Shown piece after piece: positions 27,644 through 42,968 of a stretch of 64,000 nucleotides of DNA (the first letter of the stretch is position 1; each line of letters starts with the position of its first letter). The notes beneath the pieces were generated by a model. That model saw nothing but the letters and a program-made list of their open reading frames with translations. It ran no database searches and was not told where the DNA came from. A program made the translations under genes and the position numbers. This DNA comes from Octopus vulgaris (Eukaryota): NCBI GenBank assembly GCA_951406725.2, contig OX597818.1, positions 118,358,001 through 118,422,000 of the forward strand, in the 5' to 3' direction.

Positions 27644-27872
27644 GGCGGCAAGCTGGCAGAATCGTTAGCACGCCGGGAAAAATGCCTAGCAGTATTTCGT
27701 CTGTCGTTACGTTCTGAGTTCAAATTCCGCCGAGGTTGACTTTGCCTTCCATCCTTTCGGGGTCGATAAATAAAGTACCAATTTTGCACTGGGGTCGATG
27801 TAATCGACTTAATCCCTTTGTCTGTCCTTGTTTGTCCCCTCTGTGTTTAGCCCCTTGTGGGTAATAAAGAAA
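27644..27872 (+). mobile_element. SINE family B, full copy
   Basis: GGCGGCAAGCTGGCAGAATCGTTAGCACGCCGGG ... GCCCCTTGTGGGTAATAAAGAAA; TATAAATCA occurs on both flanks (possible TSD). Confidence 0.92.
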
Positions 27873-28394
27873 CATATAAATCAGAGTCTCGTGGCTGTGA
27901 TTCACGAAGTTAGACTGAAAATATGATGTTTCATCCTACTTTTTATATTCAAGAAAGAAGACATACGCCTAGTATTATACGTTAAACAGCTCAGCTACGT
28001 TACGCGTAACACTGAGAGGGAAGCTGGGGGAAGAGAAATCTGGACATACTAATTGGCATTTTCAAGACGACATGTCAGCAGAGACCTTGTGGTGATTCAC
28101 ACACACACACACACACAATGAAGGAGAGGAATAAATTTATAAGGATTTCGCTCGAGACCCTTGCAAATTACTAGTTCAGTATCCCTTTGCATATCAACAT
28201 ATATATGTAGCAAACATACGGACATAAATGTACATGCACGCATACATACATACACACATTCTTGTACACGCAAACGCGAACACATCTGCAACTGTATAGG
28301 GTTTTTTCTTTGTATAAATATGTGTCATTGTGAATGTATATATACACAAAATGCATATACAACAATGCACACATATGCATTCTTACATACACCC

Positions 28395-28477
<83 letters not shown>

Positions 28478-29290
28478 TTGTGCGTATTGCGTACTGCTCT
28501 TTCATTGCCTGTTATAAATTTACCCTCAATTACACACGAATAAACACGACCCTCATGCGTATATATGTGTATCCATTTTCTGCGTGCGCCTGTCTGTATG
28601 TTCGTTTATGCCTGTATAAATTTCATCAATGGCAAACATATATGCGTGTTGAGCACGAAGAAGAAAAATGATGAAACATATGTGTATCTGATTGTAGAAG
28701 TTTTGCATGTATGTGTTTATACGCCTGTGTTTATTAGACTGTGCGTGAGAACGAGTGTCTAGGTGTAGGCGGGTGTTTTGAAATAAGATACTGCAAGGAC
28801 GCTGTTTTGGTATGTGGGAAACAAAGAATATAATGTAAATGGTATATGAGGTAACAGTGAAGAAACATAAACAACAAAAACAAATATCAAATGGGAGGAA
28901 ACAGTAACGGGGACAAGCAGCCAAAACAGATGTACAAAGACAGCTAGCTTAGCCAGAAAGGAAGTTATTAGCAAACACTAACGCATACACATAAACACAC
29001 ACACACAGCAAGCGCACTCACACAATACATGCACTCACACGCACACACATACCGATATCCATACATACACACCCAAACACAAGCACAGACTAACACTCAC
29101 GCACACATGCAAAAACACAAACTCACACACACACACACGCACATTTTAACTTTGTCTAAAAGCCGAACTGTCTATGTATAAGTGCGTTTCTCACTGTTGT
29201 ATCTACGTATATGTTTCTATATGTGTGCGTAGATATCTAAATATACATTATACACACACACAATTATATATATATATTCATTCAAATAAA

Positions 29291-29333
<43 letters not shown>

Positions 29334-29453
29334 TTACAAACAAAAGCATATATATGACATAAATACATATGTATGTCATACATATATACATATAAATAAT
29401 CACACACAAATATATATTCCTATGTATAATGACATACATATATGCATAATGAC

Positions 29454-29542
<89 letters not shown>

Positions 29543-29587
29543 TGCATGCATATGTAGATGTATATATGTATGTATATATAAAATTAA

Positions 29588-29832
29588 ATGCACCCTTTTA
29601 AAGCCTAGCCAGGCTCATGGGTCCGGTTTCCCGGTTTCTATGGCGTATGTGTTCCCCAGCTGGACGGGACGCCAGTCTATCGCAGCGTCACTCATATTTG
29701 CCAGCTGATTGGACTGGAGCAACGTGAAATGTAGTGTTTTGCTCAAGAACACAACGCGTCGCCCGGTCCAGGAATCGAATCGACCATCTTATGATCATGA
29801 CGCTGACACCCTAACCACTAAGCCACGCGCCT
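29588..29832 (-). mobile_element. SINE family C with an alternative 3' tail
   Basis: Same tRNA head and core as 62793-63111 but an unrelated tail (GATAGACTGGCGTCCCGTCCAGCTGGGG...GAAACCGGGAAACCGG). Confidence 0.88.
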
Positions 29833-30544
29833 ACACTATATGTATGTATGGCTGTCTGTATATCCGCATGTATGTATATAAGCATGCATGTATGTATGTA
29901 TGTATGTATGTATGTATGTATGTATGTATGTATGTATGTATGTATTATTGATTACAAGAGGCTAATTCCCAGATATAGGAACAGTACAAAATCTTTTTCT
30001 TGGTATCTTTCTCGCTAGGTATCTTGATAAACAGATATAAAAATACATAACTCAATGGGTAACGTGGCTGAGGTACATCAGTTAAGATATGTGTGTGCAC
30101 GTGCGTGTGTGTGTGTACTACAGCATTGTTTAATTAAAATTTCACATCCCCATTTGTGTCTTATCATTTGCATTTTTACGACTGCTTCAAATTTGACTAT
30201 TTATCAAAGTAATTCGTGTACGTAGATTCGTTTGCAGCTACATACAATTCCCTCTACATACATGTGTGTCTAACCATCTTTCTAACATTTGCTTTCTTTT
30301 ATCACAATGTCAAAGCATAACAAAGTCGCTGTCTTAAAGAGAATTGTGATACAAATGTAATAAACTTTTCAAAGCATATTGATAGAAATATGTCTTCCAC
30401 AGCCACATATTGCTAAATACTACAGAAACAGATATGTGATGTATATAATTAAGGAGTGAGCGGATGTGTATATGTAAGCATGTATACATACACGTATATG
30501 CAAATATATGCATACACGTGCATATATGTAGATGTGTCATTATG

Positions 30545-30577
<33 letters not shown>

Positions 30578-30579
<2 letters not shown>

Positions 30580-30733
30580 CGGAGAATCCACGAAAAAAAA
30601 GCAAGAGAAGGAGACAGGAGATTACAAAGAGATGTATTACTGTAATGCTCGGGAAGTGAAAATTTCTTTAACGTTTCGGGCCTACTCTCCACAGAAACAA
30701 ACAAGGAGAGAAAATAAAAAAATGTGTAGTGGC

Positions 30734-30736
<3 letters not shown>
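30578..30736 (-). mobile_element. Family D repeat, second copy, with a degenerate hammerhead-like motif (30667-30697)
   Basis: Minus strand TTT-CTGTGGA-GAGTAGGCCC-GAAA-CG-TT-AAA; sits between (TA)n and (GA)n arrays. Confidence 0.65.
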
Positions 30737-30829
<93 letters not shown>

Positions 30830-30951
30830 TAGATAGATAGATAGACAGATCGTCAAATATACAAAGATACAGACACAGATAGATAAATAGATATATAATA
30901 TTTTCTATGCGCATACACTTATTAGCTCTCAAATACGCACACACACACACA

Positions 30952-31033
<82 letters not shown>

Positions 31034-31721
31034 TACACAGTATATTAAAAAGAAACTTTTGCAAAGCATAAATATCTCAGACAAATCAGGTTTAATTATT
31101 TTCAACAGCTGTTTCGTAAGGTATACTCATAATTTTATGATGATGGATATAGATTCAATTTAAAACTGATATTATGATGGAGTATTTATCGGAGATCATA
31201 AAAATAAAACGACCGGCTAAGATATCAAACAATGATGTTTCAAATACAAGTCAAAAAAGATTCTTGTATCTACATAAGCAACGCTCTGGTGAGTAAAGCC
31301 GGTAGCATTCAAAATGATTCGAAATGTTGGACCTCCAACGAGTCCTTTTGCGACACATTTAAATCCAGGGAACTTTCCAGCACACCTCGCACATATATAG
31401 GGCGGGCTTCTGCCAGTTATAGACAATATCTCTATAAATGTATTTGCGTAGAGTGATGTTTGAGAATTACATGGACAGAGAGATAATTCCAATAAAACCA
31501 TAAAACCTGAATTCTAACTTGAATATTGTTAAAGGCAATGAATGAAATAATTGGATTGAGATATTGTTGTATTTTAATATTGAAAATACTGTGATATGAT
31601 TTGATATGCATTTCTATGTACTCTTCTGTATCTGTGTTGGAATGTTTTTGCGTAAATATAGCGCCCACTAGTGTCCTTTTGTTTGTTTGTTTATCTGTGT
31701 GAGTGTGTGTGTATGTGTGTG

Positions 31722-31754
<33 letters not shown>

Positions 31755-32729
31755 ATGTATTCCTTTGAGGCGTTATTGTATTTCTGTGTGAGACAAAGAA
31801 TGAAAACCAATATGATGCTATGATGTTGAAATCATTGATAATGAGAACGATGACGTTGTTCCAGTCGCTGCTGTTACTGATGACGTTTTTGACGAAGATG
31901 ATAATGATGATGAGGCGGAGGGGGAGGAAGATGAGGATGAGGAGCAGGAGGACGACAACGACGAAGATGTTGATTGTTTTGGTGCATATATATATATCTT
32001 TTGGTGAAACTTGCTTTAGTGGTACTGGCGATGACTTGCGGCAGATGAATATTACAGTGATAATTGTGAAGTTGACTATAAAGAATGTGACGGTATTCGA
32101 ATGTGTAATGCGGGGGAGGTGGAACAAAACAAGTGTATGAATTACATCCCTATCACGCCACTCTTCGTTTCTCCCTCCCCCTCTCTGCCTCTATGTCTCT
32201 CTCTCGTTCTTTCTCTGTGTCATAGTTTTACTCTTAAACACCATCTCTTATACGCATCCACGTTCAGAAGAAACTATACACTTCTTAGCCACATATTTAG
32301 AATCACTTTCTCTTTCTATCACATTTTTTTTTTTTTGGAAATTTTTATTCCGTCTCTTCCTTTCTTTCTTTCTTGCTCATGCAACATATTTTTTCTCTCT
32401 CCTAAATACGTTTTTTTTTCTCTGTCTGAAAACCACTCTGAAAGAAGAAACAAACATAAACAAAATTTAAACACAAAATAATGATAAAGCGAAACGAAGA
32501 GAGCAAGAAACAAAAAAGACAATGCAAAGAAATAAGTAAGCAAGAAATAAAGAAAGGAAAAAACAGAAGTATGAATGAAAAACAAAACAAGTTTTAGAAG
32601 GAATTTTACAAATAGAGAAAGAAAAATGAAAAACATTACAAAAAGAAAAAGAGAAAGAAAGAAGGAAAGAAAGAAAGGAAAAGAGGGAAGATGAAAGAAA
32701 GAAATAGGGAATGCTCTTCGCGTCGTAGA

Positions 32730-32755
32730 GGATGATTGGATAAGGGGCGGATGTG
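32730..32755. promoter_or_regulatory. Possible CCAAT box plus GC box
   Basis: ATTGG (reverse CCAAT) at 32735 and GGGGCGG at 32744 in a non-repetitive, more GC-rich island; motif match only. Confidence 0.2.
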
Positions 32756-32980
32756 GTTATTTCTCTAACTTTGAGAGGGAGTGCAATGTGAGTTGCGCGT
32801 TATTGAGTAGTTAAATACGAGGGTTGTGTAACAGAAGAGCATAGCTGGGGTAAGGGTTTAGTGGCATATATCTGGCAAATCTCTCTCTCTAGTGGTTCTT
32901 GTGACTCGCATGGACATGCAGAGACAATTGCCAGAGCGAGAGGAGAGATAAAGCTGCGTTTACTCACACACACACACATA

Positions 32981-33021
<41 letters not shown>

Positions 33022-33132
33022 GCATATTTGATGCCGCATACATCAAAAGCAAAACCAAACAAAAGAGCACGTAGTTGTGTACAGATAAAACGAGATAGAC
33101 AAAGAGGACAAGGAGAGAGGTACATATGGAAC

Positions 33133-33264
<132 letters not shown>

Positions 33265-34017
33265 TATATGGGAATGAGATAGAAAAGGAAGAGAGCGTGT
33301 GTCAAAACTCTTGTTAAAAGTAGTAGGTTCTCATGCCATTTCAATGAATGGATATTCGCACATATATAAATGTGTAAAAAAAACGTTGCCATATTTGTGT
33401 GCGCGTGTGCACGTGTATATATGTATGTATGTATGTATGTATGTGTGTGTGTAGGTGTTCGTCACATAGGTAGATAGCGGGTAGATACTCAGACAGATAG
33501 TTAATCAGAAAGAAAGGCTGATGAACAGACAAACAGATAGTTACAAGGCGAGACGGAGACAGATAAACAGAGCGACTATATTTCTTTGTATAATCGTGAC
33601 AAATATGGAACCAAAGAGACATGACGTATGAGATATCTAATTATTCCTTTTCAACGAGAAAGACAAAGGTTTCTTCTATTGGTACACAACATCAGATAGA
33701 ATTGTCATATGCGGTAAATATAAAATCTTTGTCTCCTATGAATAAATTACTCAAACAAAATCAACAGTTACATATAAATACACACAGGTACAAGCCTAAT
33801 AATGCAAAAAACACGGAAACAAACACCCACACAGATAAACGTACGCACATATACCACCACCAGAAACAGCAACAACAGCTTATATATATATATATAGTGT
33901 CTATTATCTATCGTAATTTCTTATTTTGGAATGTAATCTATCACAAAATAATTCTTCAAATTTGATAAGCCAAGACATAAAATATTTTGATCTTCGTTTT
34001 TTTTTTTATTTAGCGTT

Positions 34018-34193
34018 TATTTGTTTCAGTTATTAGACTGAGGCCATGCTGGAGCAACGCCTTGAAATTTTTAAGTCGAATAGATCGACCCCATCGCTCA
34101 TTTTTAAGTTAAGGGGACACAAACACGCCAACACCGATCGTTGTCAAGCGGTGGTGTTGGGACAAACACAGATAAAAAGACACACACACACAC

Positions 34194-34237
<44 letters not shown>

Positions 34238-34392
34238 GACGGGCATCTTTCAGTTTCTGTCAAACAAATCCATTCACAAGGCTTTGGTCGACCCGAGGCT
34301 ATTGTAGAAAACACTGGCCCAAGATGCGACGCAGTGGGGCTAAACCCGGTATCATGTAGTTGGGAATCAAACTTACTACATACCCACGCTGG
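34018..34392 (-). mobile_element. Diverged SINE family A copy
   Basis: Reverse complement match to family A with internal TA array. Confidence 0.85.
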
Positions 34393-34943
34393 ACTTTCAT
34401 ATATAATTAATACATTTTACGATAATTCCTTTAACACAAAACTTTCTAATGATCTCTTGCTCAATGACAATATAAAATAAAATGAATCGAAAATATTACA
34501 TGAGTATAAATCGAAATAGAAAACATTGTATAAGATATTTCAGTAATACTTCAATATTTTCACTTTAATTCAAAAATCACTCTCCACAACCTCTATTAAC
34601 GCCCAGCTGGCGTTATTTAAATCTGCTTGCATCATGATTTTTAAGTTTATCCCAGTTTATATCGTAGTTTTAAATTAAGTCTAAGTTAATAATAGAGAGG
34701 TTAATAAACTGTGTTGCACATAATGGTTTCATATCTGCACATAATGGTTCCATCACAAATACCCACAGAACAATCTACAAAGATGGACGAAACTTGAAAC
34801 TCGGTATAATATACAGTGACTTGGATTCAAGCCTATAGCTACATAAGCACACGCATGCGTACATACAAACAAACACTTCAACTAGCCCCTTCGTGATACC
34901 CTTTAAAGCCGGGAACTTTTTGGCACCCCTCATATGTAAATAT

Positions 34944-35002
<59 letters not shown>

Positions 35003-36649
35003 TGTGTTTGTGCGCGCGTGTGTGTATTTGTATGAATTATTTCATTAATATACTATATATTTTTGCTCTTATATGCTGCGATTAGTTTCATGCTTTGAGA
35101 ACATGCTAAACATTATTTTATAACATGTCTAGTCTCCCAGCACAATCTTCAAACACTGCCCACGTTGCATAACGAACTAAAAATGGGACAACAGAAGAGC
35201 CGCGAAAGGAAAGAAGTAAGGATATATAAAGAAATGGAAGCTTGAAAGAACGGAAACGGATATGTTATCAAAAAGATGCAAAAAAGGGAAAAGTGCTATT
35301 TCACTTTGTATATTATAAGGTGGGAAAGATAGTATCTTAGAGTTTACTGTACAGACTTAAGCTGCTGGTGGAGGTAGGTACTTCCCAATTTTTCAAAAGG
35401 AATTCAGGCATATGCTTACAACTGCTAAAAATTTGTTTTCTGGTTTTCCAACCTTCCGCTTTTTATATATGTACTTCAATCCCGCCTTTTACCGCTTCTT
35501 CTCTCGTCCCGTTTTTATTTCGTTATGCATCGTGGGGAGTGTCTGAGCATTATGCTGGGATACTAGACGTGTTATAAAACAATGTTTGACATATTGTCAG
35601 AACATGCAACGAATAGTTGCTCAGAAAACCATAGTTTGTGCTCATTAAATAATGTTTATCTCTCACATGTATATGGGTATGTGAGTATGCGTATCACATC
35701 CTTATCCAGAGTTGAGCGACAACGGTAATAATAAAAGTACTGATGATAATTTAATACATAAAAGTTGTTACCATATTTGAAAATATGATAGGCACCTAGA
35801 GAAGGAAAAATAAAGTTGTAAAAACTATGAATATCCCCTAAAACTTCACAGCTCAGAATTTTAGAAAAATTGCAATCTTAGGCCAAACCCTAAACTGTTA
35901 AGTTGCAGAGTGGAAAAAATTTAAAGAATTCAAAAGCCGAAGACTCGGAGCCACAGCCTACATTTCAATTTCCTGTCCAGAAAAAGCTGGCCAAATCTGA
36001 AAAACAAATTTGTGTATGAATTATACTGGAATGAAAAAGACATTAAGCACTCCCATGTTTTAAGAGGAATGTTAGTAAAATTTAGAAAACTAAAGTTTGG
36101 CTTCTCCCGAAGAACTCAAGCGGTAACCAGTAAACTACTTTCAACAGATCTAGTGGATATCTGCGATTCAACGCATCTGTGACCTCTGGGGAAACAGTAC
36201 ATCGTGCAATGCTTTTCAGATTAAATCAAATGTATATGTAATTGTATAAGATTGCTATAAAATGGGTTACTTAAATACTTTTAAGTATTATTTCTACTGC
36301 ATGTAACTGAGATGGTAGATGTGGATGTGCACTGGAAACGATGGGCTTCTTTCTATATATTTATAGAAAATATTTTTGGGGGTGGGGAATAAATTTATTA
36401 TTAAAGCAAGAGGTTAATTATCGCTAACTTAGCATAGATATATGTAATGGAGTATTAAACTTTGAAAATCATTGACATAACCGTCCATTTTTGCAATAAT
36501 AATTGTTGATACAAAGAAATACGTCGAATTCGATTGTAAAGATATTGGATGCAAGATATTGTAGTTATGTATATTTGCTTTTCTTTTGTGACGTTGGAGA
36601 ATCTAACCAATCCAGTACACAACTAAAATGTATCTAGAGTTATATTAAT

Positions 36650-37416
36650 TTCAAATTTTGGGACAAGGCCGACAGTTTTGCGGGAGGAGGAATTCTTTTA
36701 TATCGACTTCAGTGTTCAACTGGTATTTATTTATCCACCCCGAAAGGATGAAATGCAAAGTGTAACTCAAAGGAATTTTGAACACAGGACATAATGACAG
36801 ACTAAATGCCACGAACCTTTTTGCCCAGCATGTTAACGATTCTTTTCTACTCTAGGTTCAAGGACCAAAATTTGGAGGGAAGGTGTCAGTCAATTAGATC
36901 TACCCCAGTACGCAACTGGTACTTAATTTATCCACCCTGAAAGGATGAAAGGCAAAGTCGACCCCGGTGGAATTTGAACTCAGAACGTAAAGACAAACGA
37001 AATACAGCTAAGTATTTCGCCCAACGTGTTAACCATTCTTTTCTACTCTAGGCACAAGGGCCGAAATTTTGGGGGAGAGGGCCAATCGATTAGAGCGGCC
37101 CCAGTACTTAACTTGTTGACCCTGAAAGAATGAAAGGCAAAGTCGACCTCGAAGAAATTTGAAATCAGAACGTAAAGACAGACGAAATACCTTTACTACC
37201 CTCAAGGGTCTAAACACAGAGGGGACAAACAAGGACAGACAAACGGATTAAATCGATTATATCGATCACAGTGCGTAACTGGTACTTATTTAATCGACCC
37301 CGAAAGGATGGAAGGCAAAGTCGACCTCGGCGGAATTTGAATTCAGAACGTAGCGGTAGACGAAATACCACTAAGCATTTTGCCCGTTGTGCTAACGATT
37401 CTGCCAGCTCGCCGCT
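36650..37416 (-). mobile_element. Tandem cluster of about four SINE family B units
   Basis: Repeated GAAAGGATGAAAGGCAAAGTCGACC..GG.GGAATTTGAACTCAGAACGT; ends in the head CTGCCAGCTCGCCGC. Confidence 0.88.
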
Positions 37417-38691
37417 TTAGAATGTCTCTAGAATTCTATTACTGATAAAATTGTCTCTGTACCACTCAGTTTCTAATCTTATGAAATATGCGCAGTGTTG
37501 CGCCATCAGATTATCATCAAATCGATGCTTTTAACATTATGCAAAGAATGTGTATTTACCTCCCATTATATTTATATATCTATCAATCTATCTACATATG
37601 TGCGTGTACCGTTAGAGAAATAAATAAGCCGTTGGATATACCATTGATAGCACTTGTGTTCTCCTTTGATTGAGTGAGGCACAATACTCCGTGGAAAGTT
37701 TTCTACTCTTTTATGTATAACAATAACGCTAATTTCGAAGAAAACCGAAAGCTGGTCTCGCCTGGGTTTTCTTCAAGAATCCAAAGTCGAAGCAAGCGAG
37801 TATGGGCAAAAAACATTTGATATGGATTGTGCTTCCACTGGCAGCAAAGGTCAACGCCCTGTTGAGTGGTTAAGAAGTCAACAGCACGAGAAATCTGTTA
37901 CTTGGTTTAATGCAGTCCACTGGAAACTCGTCACTTAGTACTTCCTGCTTCATATTTGTGTGTGTCTCGGGGAATGAACGGAAAACCATATCTTCTGTAC
38001 TGATATTTCCTTCGACGTGAAGAAATTGAAATTGTAGAGTAAGGACATTTGTGTAGATGCTTGTGCGTGCTTCTAGGGTGTCTGCTTGTACGTGTAAGTG
38101 TCTAGGTGTGCGCCTGTATGTCTATTGGTGAGGATGTATTAAAAAAAATTTGGGAAGACTTATAAAGCGAGATAATGAATGAAGGCATCGTCTGTAGTAG
38201 AGGGTTGTTCTTGAGCGTATTTCTAAAGCAGTGTGTGTGAATATTGTGCTTAGAGTGCAGGAAGCACGAAGTGCATGTTACATATATACACATGTGTGTG
38301 CGTGTGTGTAATATAAACGTGTGAATGCATACGTTTGCGGTTTTCATTGTGTACTGTATAATTGCTGGATGGTTGTACATATGCAATCTATGTTTCCTGT
38401 TTGTATCTGCTGTACGTGTGTTTTTTCCAATCTTCCTACATCGTGCACTTTACTATTAGTGTAAGTAAGTGTGTATATATCCGTAACGTGTATCGTCGTG
38501 GGGCATATTTGGGAGAAAGTATTGTGGTATGCATTCGCCTGTAGGTCAGTGTAATTACGTGTGAAGAGTACTTTCATGTAGTGGGGTATGTGGGTCATTT
38601 CATAGTTTGCTTTCTAGCACGACGTAGTATATATTTATATTGCATCTCCGTATGATGCGTGTGTTCATGCATCAATATAGACGCATGTCTA

Positions 38692-38922
38692 GGCGGCGAG
38701 CTGGCAGAAACCTTAGCGAACCGGGGGAAATGCTTAGCGACATTTTGTCTGTCTTTACGTTCTGAGTTCAAATTCCGCCGAGGTCGACTTTGCATTTCAT
38801 CATTTCGTGGTCGATAAATTAAGTACCAGTTACGCACTGGGGTCGATGTAATCGACTTAATCCCTTTATCTGTCCTTGTTTGTCCCCTCTATGTTTATCC
38901 CCTTGTGGGCAATAAAGAAATA
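38692..38922 (+). mobile_element. SINE family B, full copy
   Basis: Full head-to-tail match; TAGACGCATG flanks both sides (possible TSD). Confidence 0.92.
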
Positions 38923-39149
38923 ATTTAGACGCATGCCTATGCAGCCGTATACGTGCTCATAGTAACATCTTCCTATGTTTGAGTGTCTCTCAAAGGGTAT
39001 ATATCTATTACTGTTCAGTGAACCGCATTTAATCTTGGAAGCCCTTAAGACTATTTAATCTCACCTTGATTGAATGTAATGCACCATGCGGCTTCCAGCA
39101 GCAAGAGGACATCGAGTGCACTTTTATGAGGATGCGCAAATGTGTTGCC

Positions 39150-39560
39150 GTTAGGGCCAAACCATGTAGCAAAACCTCTTTAACTTCCCTTCCAAACCGA
39201 ATCTACATCACAATATTTGCAGATATTCTACTCTGCGCAAATTCATTTCTACATTCTTCTACAATCTCATAGTTATTAAATCCATATACTGCTATTAATA
39301 TGATTGCATATACTTCCCTAATAAACAGCATGAACCTAACAATACTGGCGTTCGTATCCGTTTTCATTGAACCTTGACCAAAGGACATAATTCTAGGTAC
39401 CATCACTGAAAATTCCTATTTTGATTTTCTCTTCGATCTATCTTACACATCCGACAATAAACACGCTCTTCCACCATTTAAATCCATTTCTCTCCCTCTC
39501 AGCTTCTCTTACTATTTTCTCTTAGAAATAGAAAGTTTGTCAATACTACCAGTAACAAAA
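39150..39560 (-). mobile_element. Possible decayed LINE apurinic-endonuclease remnant
   Basis: IILIAVYGFNNYEIVEECRNEF loosely resembles the APE 'II.VYAP......E.F' segment; heavily degraded. Confidence 0.3.
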
Positions 39561-40229
39561 TTGCAGGCTCTTCCGCGACAAATAAATTATTTGGTCATCG
39601 TACAAATGTGAAGCGTAATACTTTTACGTCTCTGCGTCAAAGAACTTCATCACAAATGGCTCTGCCTCATAGGAAAGTTCATGGTGGTTGCCAAGAGTTC
39701 ACTGTAGTTTCTAAGAAATCAGAAGAGCTCTCAACTGTGATATGAGTTTCGATGAGCTTGTTGAAGCAAAAGATTCGCCTTCAACATCTGTACCTACCCG
39801 AAGCAATATGCTCGTCCCATCAACGGTTGCGGCGGCAAATGGGCACAATTGAACTTGGCTCCATACATTTTTACGGACTGGTTCCACACAAACCTAGCAT
39901 TCACATCCAACATCAGTAACAATGTAATCTTTCTGAGATATAAAATCCTTTTGACTAATCGAAACACGGCAAATGAAATTGATATTCTGGAAAACCAACT
40001 GTCATTCCTATTTAAACTGATTTAAATAAAACTTACCTTACGATGCAAATGTAACAGTGGCCTTCTCTCAATGCACTTTATAGAGACTACACACTCATTT
40101 TCACATAAATACTACATTTTTACGTTACTGTTTTAGCAACAAAACTTGCAGATTTTGGAGTCCTCAGATCGGATCATTATACTTACCACAGATACGTTCA
40201 ATCGTTACAACAGATACACTTGCATATAC

Positions 40230-40910
40230 GTGCTGAGAATCAGCATCAAATTTTGGCAAAACCTTGGCGATACCTGCTTAGAGGCCCACGCAAAGTTTTC
40301 AAAATATTTTCAACGTCCTCGACACAATCAAAGAGTTCTTGTGCAACTGCAGCCTGAGGGTGGTGTCTTTGTGGCCAGCTAAAAGCAGTTTCAGCCCAAA
40401 TATGGTGGACACCCGCATCATACACAAATCTTCAGTGATAATGGACGAAACTGCACCATAGCTAATTTACACATCTTCTCATAATTCATGAATGGGGATT
40501 CAACGATTTTTCCTCAAAAATACATGCAAATTTGCGGTGTTTTTCTCAGTTCTGCTGGTTGCAGGTCTCCCAGAATGTTCATTATTGACAGTTTTTACCA
40601 TCTTGGATACGTCTGACACATCCGTACACTTGTTTGGGCCTAATGCATTCCTTTCCATACACTTTGTGCAACTTTGCGTAGTCTTCTGAGCAGGTATCGC
40701 CATGACAACTTTCTCTGTCATGGTCAATGTTACGATCACACGACACCCACCTTCCTTCAAAGCACTGATGTAAACGGCGGAAGTAAGTAACAAATTAAAA
40801 TTTATTGCTCGTGCGCAGCATAGTTCAAAACCAATATTTTCCAAACGGGTTTACTCTACAAGCTGTAACATCGTTACTGTGCCAACAGTCCGGGTACTTA
40901 TTGATCAGTA
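40230..40910 (-). mobile_element. Degenerate mariner 5' half, with a short inverted N-terminal fragment at ~40230-40310 (+)
   Basis: Minus strand GDTCSEDYAKLHKVYG...NEHSGRPATSRTEKN...ISYGAVSSIITEDLCMMRVS; plus strand RISIKFWQNLGDTCLEAHAKF. Confidence 0.75.
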
Positions 40911-40959
40911 TATACACTTTGATATTTTTAACCGTAGAGACCAATAAGTAGAAACTATA

Positions 40960-41028
<69 letters not shown>

Positions 41029-41281
41029 CATACATACATACACACACACACACTCATATATATATATAAAATTATAATTTAGGGTAAACCATATTAAATG
41101 AAGTTTTAATGTGACTTCAGAGGCAAGTTTTGGCTGGTATTTCCAGCGTGGAGGTATCTCATAGATACCTTAAATTATAAATTTAATAATAATTATTACC
41201 TTTGAAGGTGTTTTTATTCCTATGCCGGCAACTTGATAATATCGATATTTAATATATATATGAAGTACCTCATTTCTTCTA

Positions 41282-41355
<74 letters not shown>

Positions 41356-41358
<3 letters not shown>

Positions 41359-41515
41359 TGTGTGGTAAGTAGCTTGCTAGCCAACCACATGGTTCCGGTT
41401 TCAGTCCCACCGCGTAGCATCTTGGGCAAGTGTCTTCTGCTATAGCTCCGGGCCGACCAATGCCTCGTGAGTGGATTTGGTAGACGGAAACTGAAAGAAG
41501 CCTGTCGTATATATG

Positions 41516-41546
<31 letters not shown>

Positions 41547-41749
41547 GTGTTTGTGTGTCTGTGTTTGTCCCCCTAGCATTGCTTGACAACCGATGGTGGT
41601 GTGTTTACGTCCCCGTCACTTATCGGTTCGGCAAAAGAGACCGATAGAATAAGTACTGGGCCTACAAAGAATAAGTCCCGGGGTCGATTTGCTCGACTAA
41701 AGGCGGTGCTCCAGCATGGCCGCAGTCAAATGACTGAAACAAGTAAAGA

Positions 41750-41750
<1 letters not shown>
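41356..41750 (+). mobile_element. SINE family A, essentially full copy, flanked by (TA)n
   Basis: GGCTGTGTGGTAAG A-box-like and GGTTTCAGTCCC B-box-like motifs; used as reference for the other copies. Confidence 0.92.
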
Positions 41751-41798
<48 letters not shown>

Positions 41799-42004
41799 TA
41801 TATATGAATATATGCTGTCAGAGATGATGTCCAATTAAACTATTGATTTAATTATCTTTATTTTCTTATTTTCTTAAAAGCATATATAAACTCCAATTAC
41901 CTAACAGTCGAATAAGAAATGTAATATTAAATAGTCATTGTAATAGGTAATAAACCAGTATATTTACTGGCTTTTACTATCTCTTAATGAGATTTTTAAC
42001 CTCT

Positions 42005-42043
<39 letters not shown>

Positions 42044-42064
42044 TAATCCAAACAATAAAACACA

Positions 42065-42130
<66 letters not shown>

Positions 42131-42639
42131 GCATACATATATCAATGGAATATCGCCTCACCTTTGGGACATGATTTCAGAATACTTCGCTGATTAATTT
42201 TGTTTGTCACATTCTAAAACAAAAATGGAGGCGTACGATATCTTGCGGTAAACAATGATATAAATAATCTCTAATTAAGAGAAAAAGATTATCAAGCCGG
42301 CAAAAAATAAGAAAAAAAGAAGGAAAAGTTGATGATACTTAACCAAAACATAATATTACAACGGCGGTAGCAAATGTAACATAACGGCATCGAAACATCC
42401 AGCTTTGAATGATTATGTACACACACACACACGCTCAAACACACATGCCACATATACACGCACACATCCCAGACATACGCACACACAGGCGCACACACTC
42501 AAATGTACCAAGCTCATAATAATAAGCACACTTACATACCCATGCACATATATAAGTCTTAGACATATGTCTTGTTAAGTTAAACACACACACACATAAA
42601 AATATTCATAACTATCATTCTATCTATCTTTCTCCTGCG

Positions 42640-42651
42640 GTATGTGTGTAT

Positions 42652-42706
<55 letters not shown>

Positions 42707-42751
42707 CATATTTATATATCTATATCTATATATATATCTATATATATATAT

Positions 42752-42783
<32 letters not shown>

Positions 42784-42814
42784 GTATACATATGTATATG
42801 TATATCTATATATG

Positions 42815-42862
<48 letters not shown>

Positions 42863-42867
42863 CACAC

Positions 42868-42914
<47 letters not shown>

Positions 42915-42925
42915 CATATACACAA

Positions 42926-42968
<43 letters not shown>

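Noticed and set aside
31877-31900. CTGATGA followed by a short stem
   Set aside because: No GAAA, stem III or stem I; part of a GAT-rich low-complexity tract.
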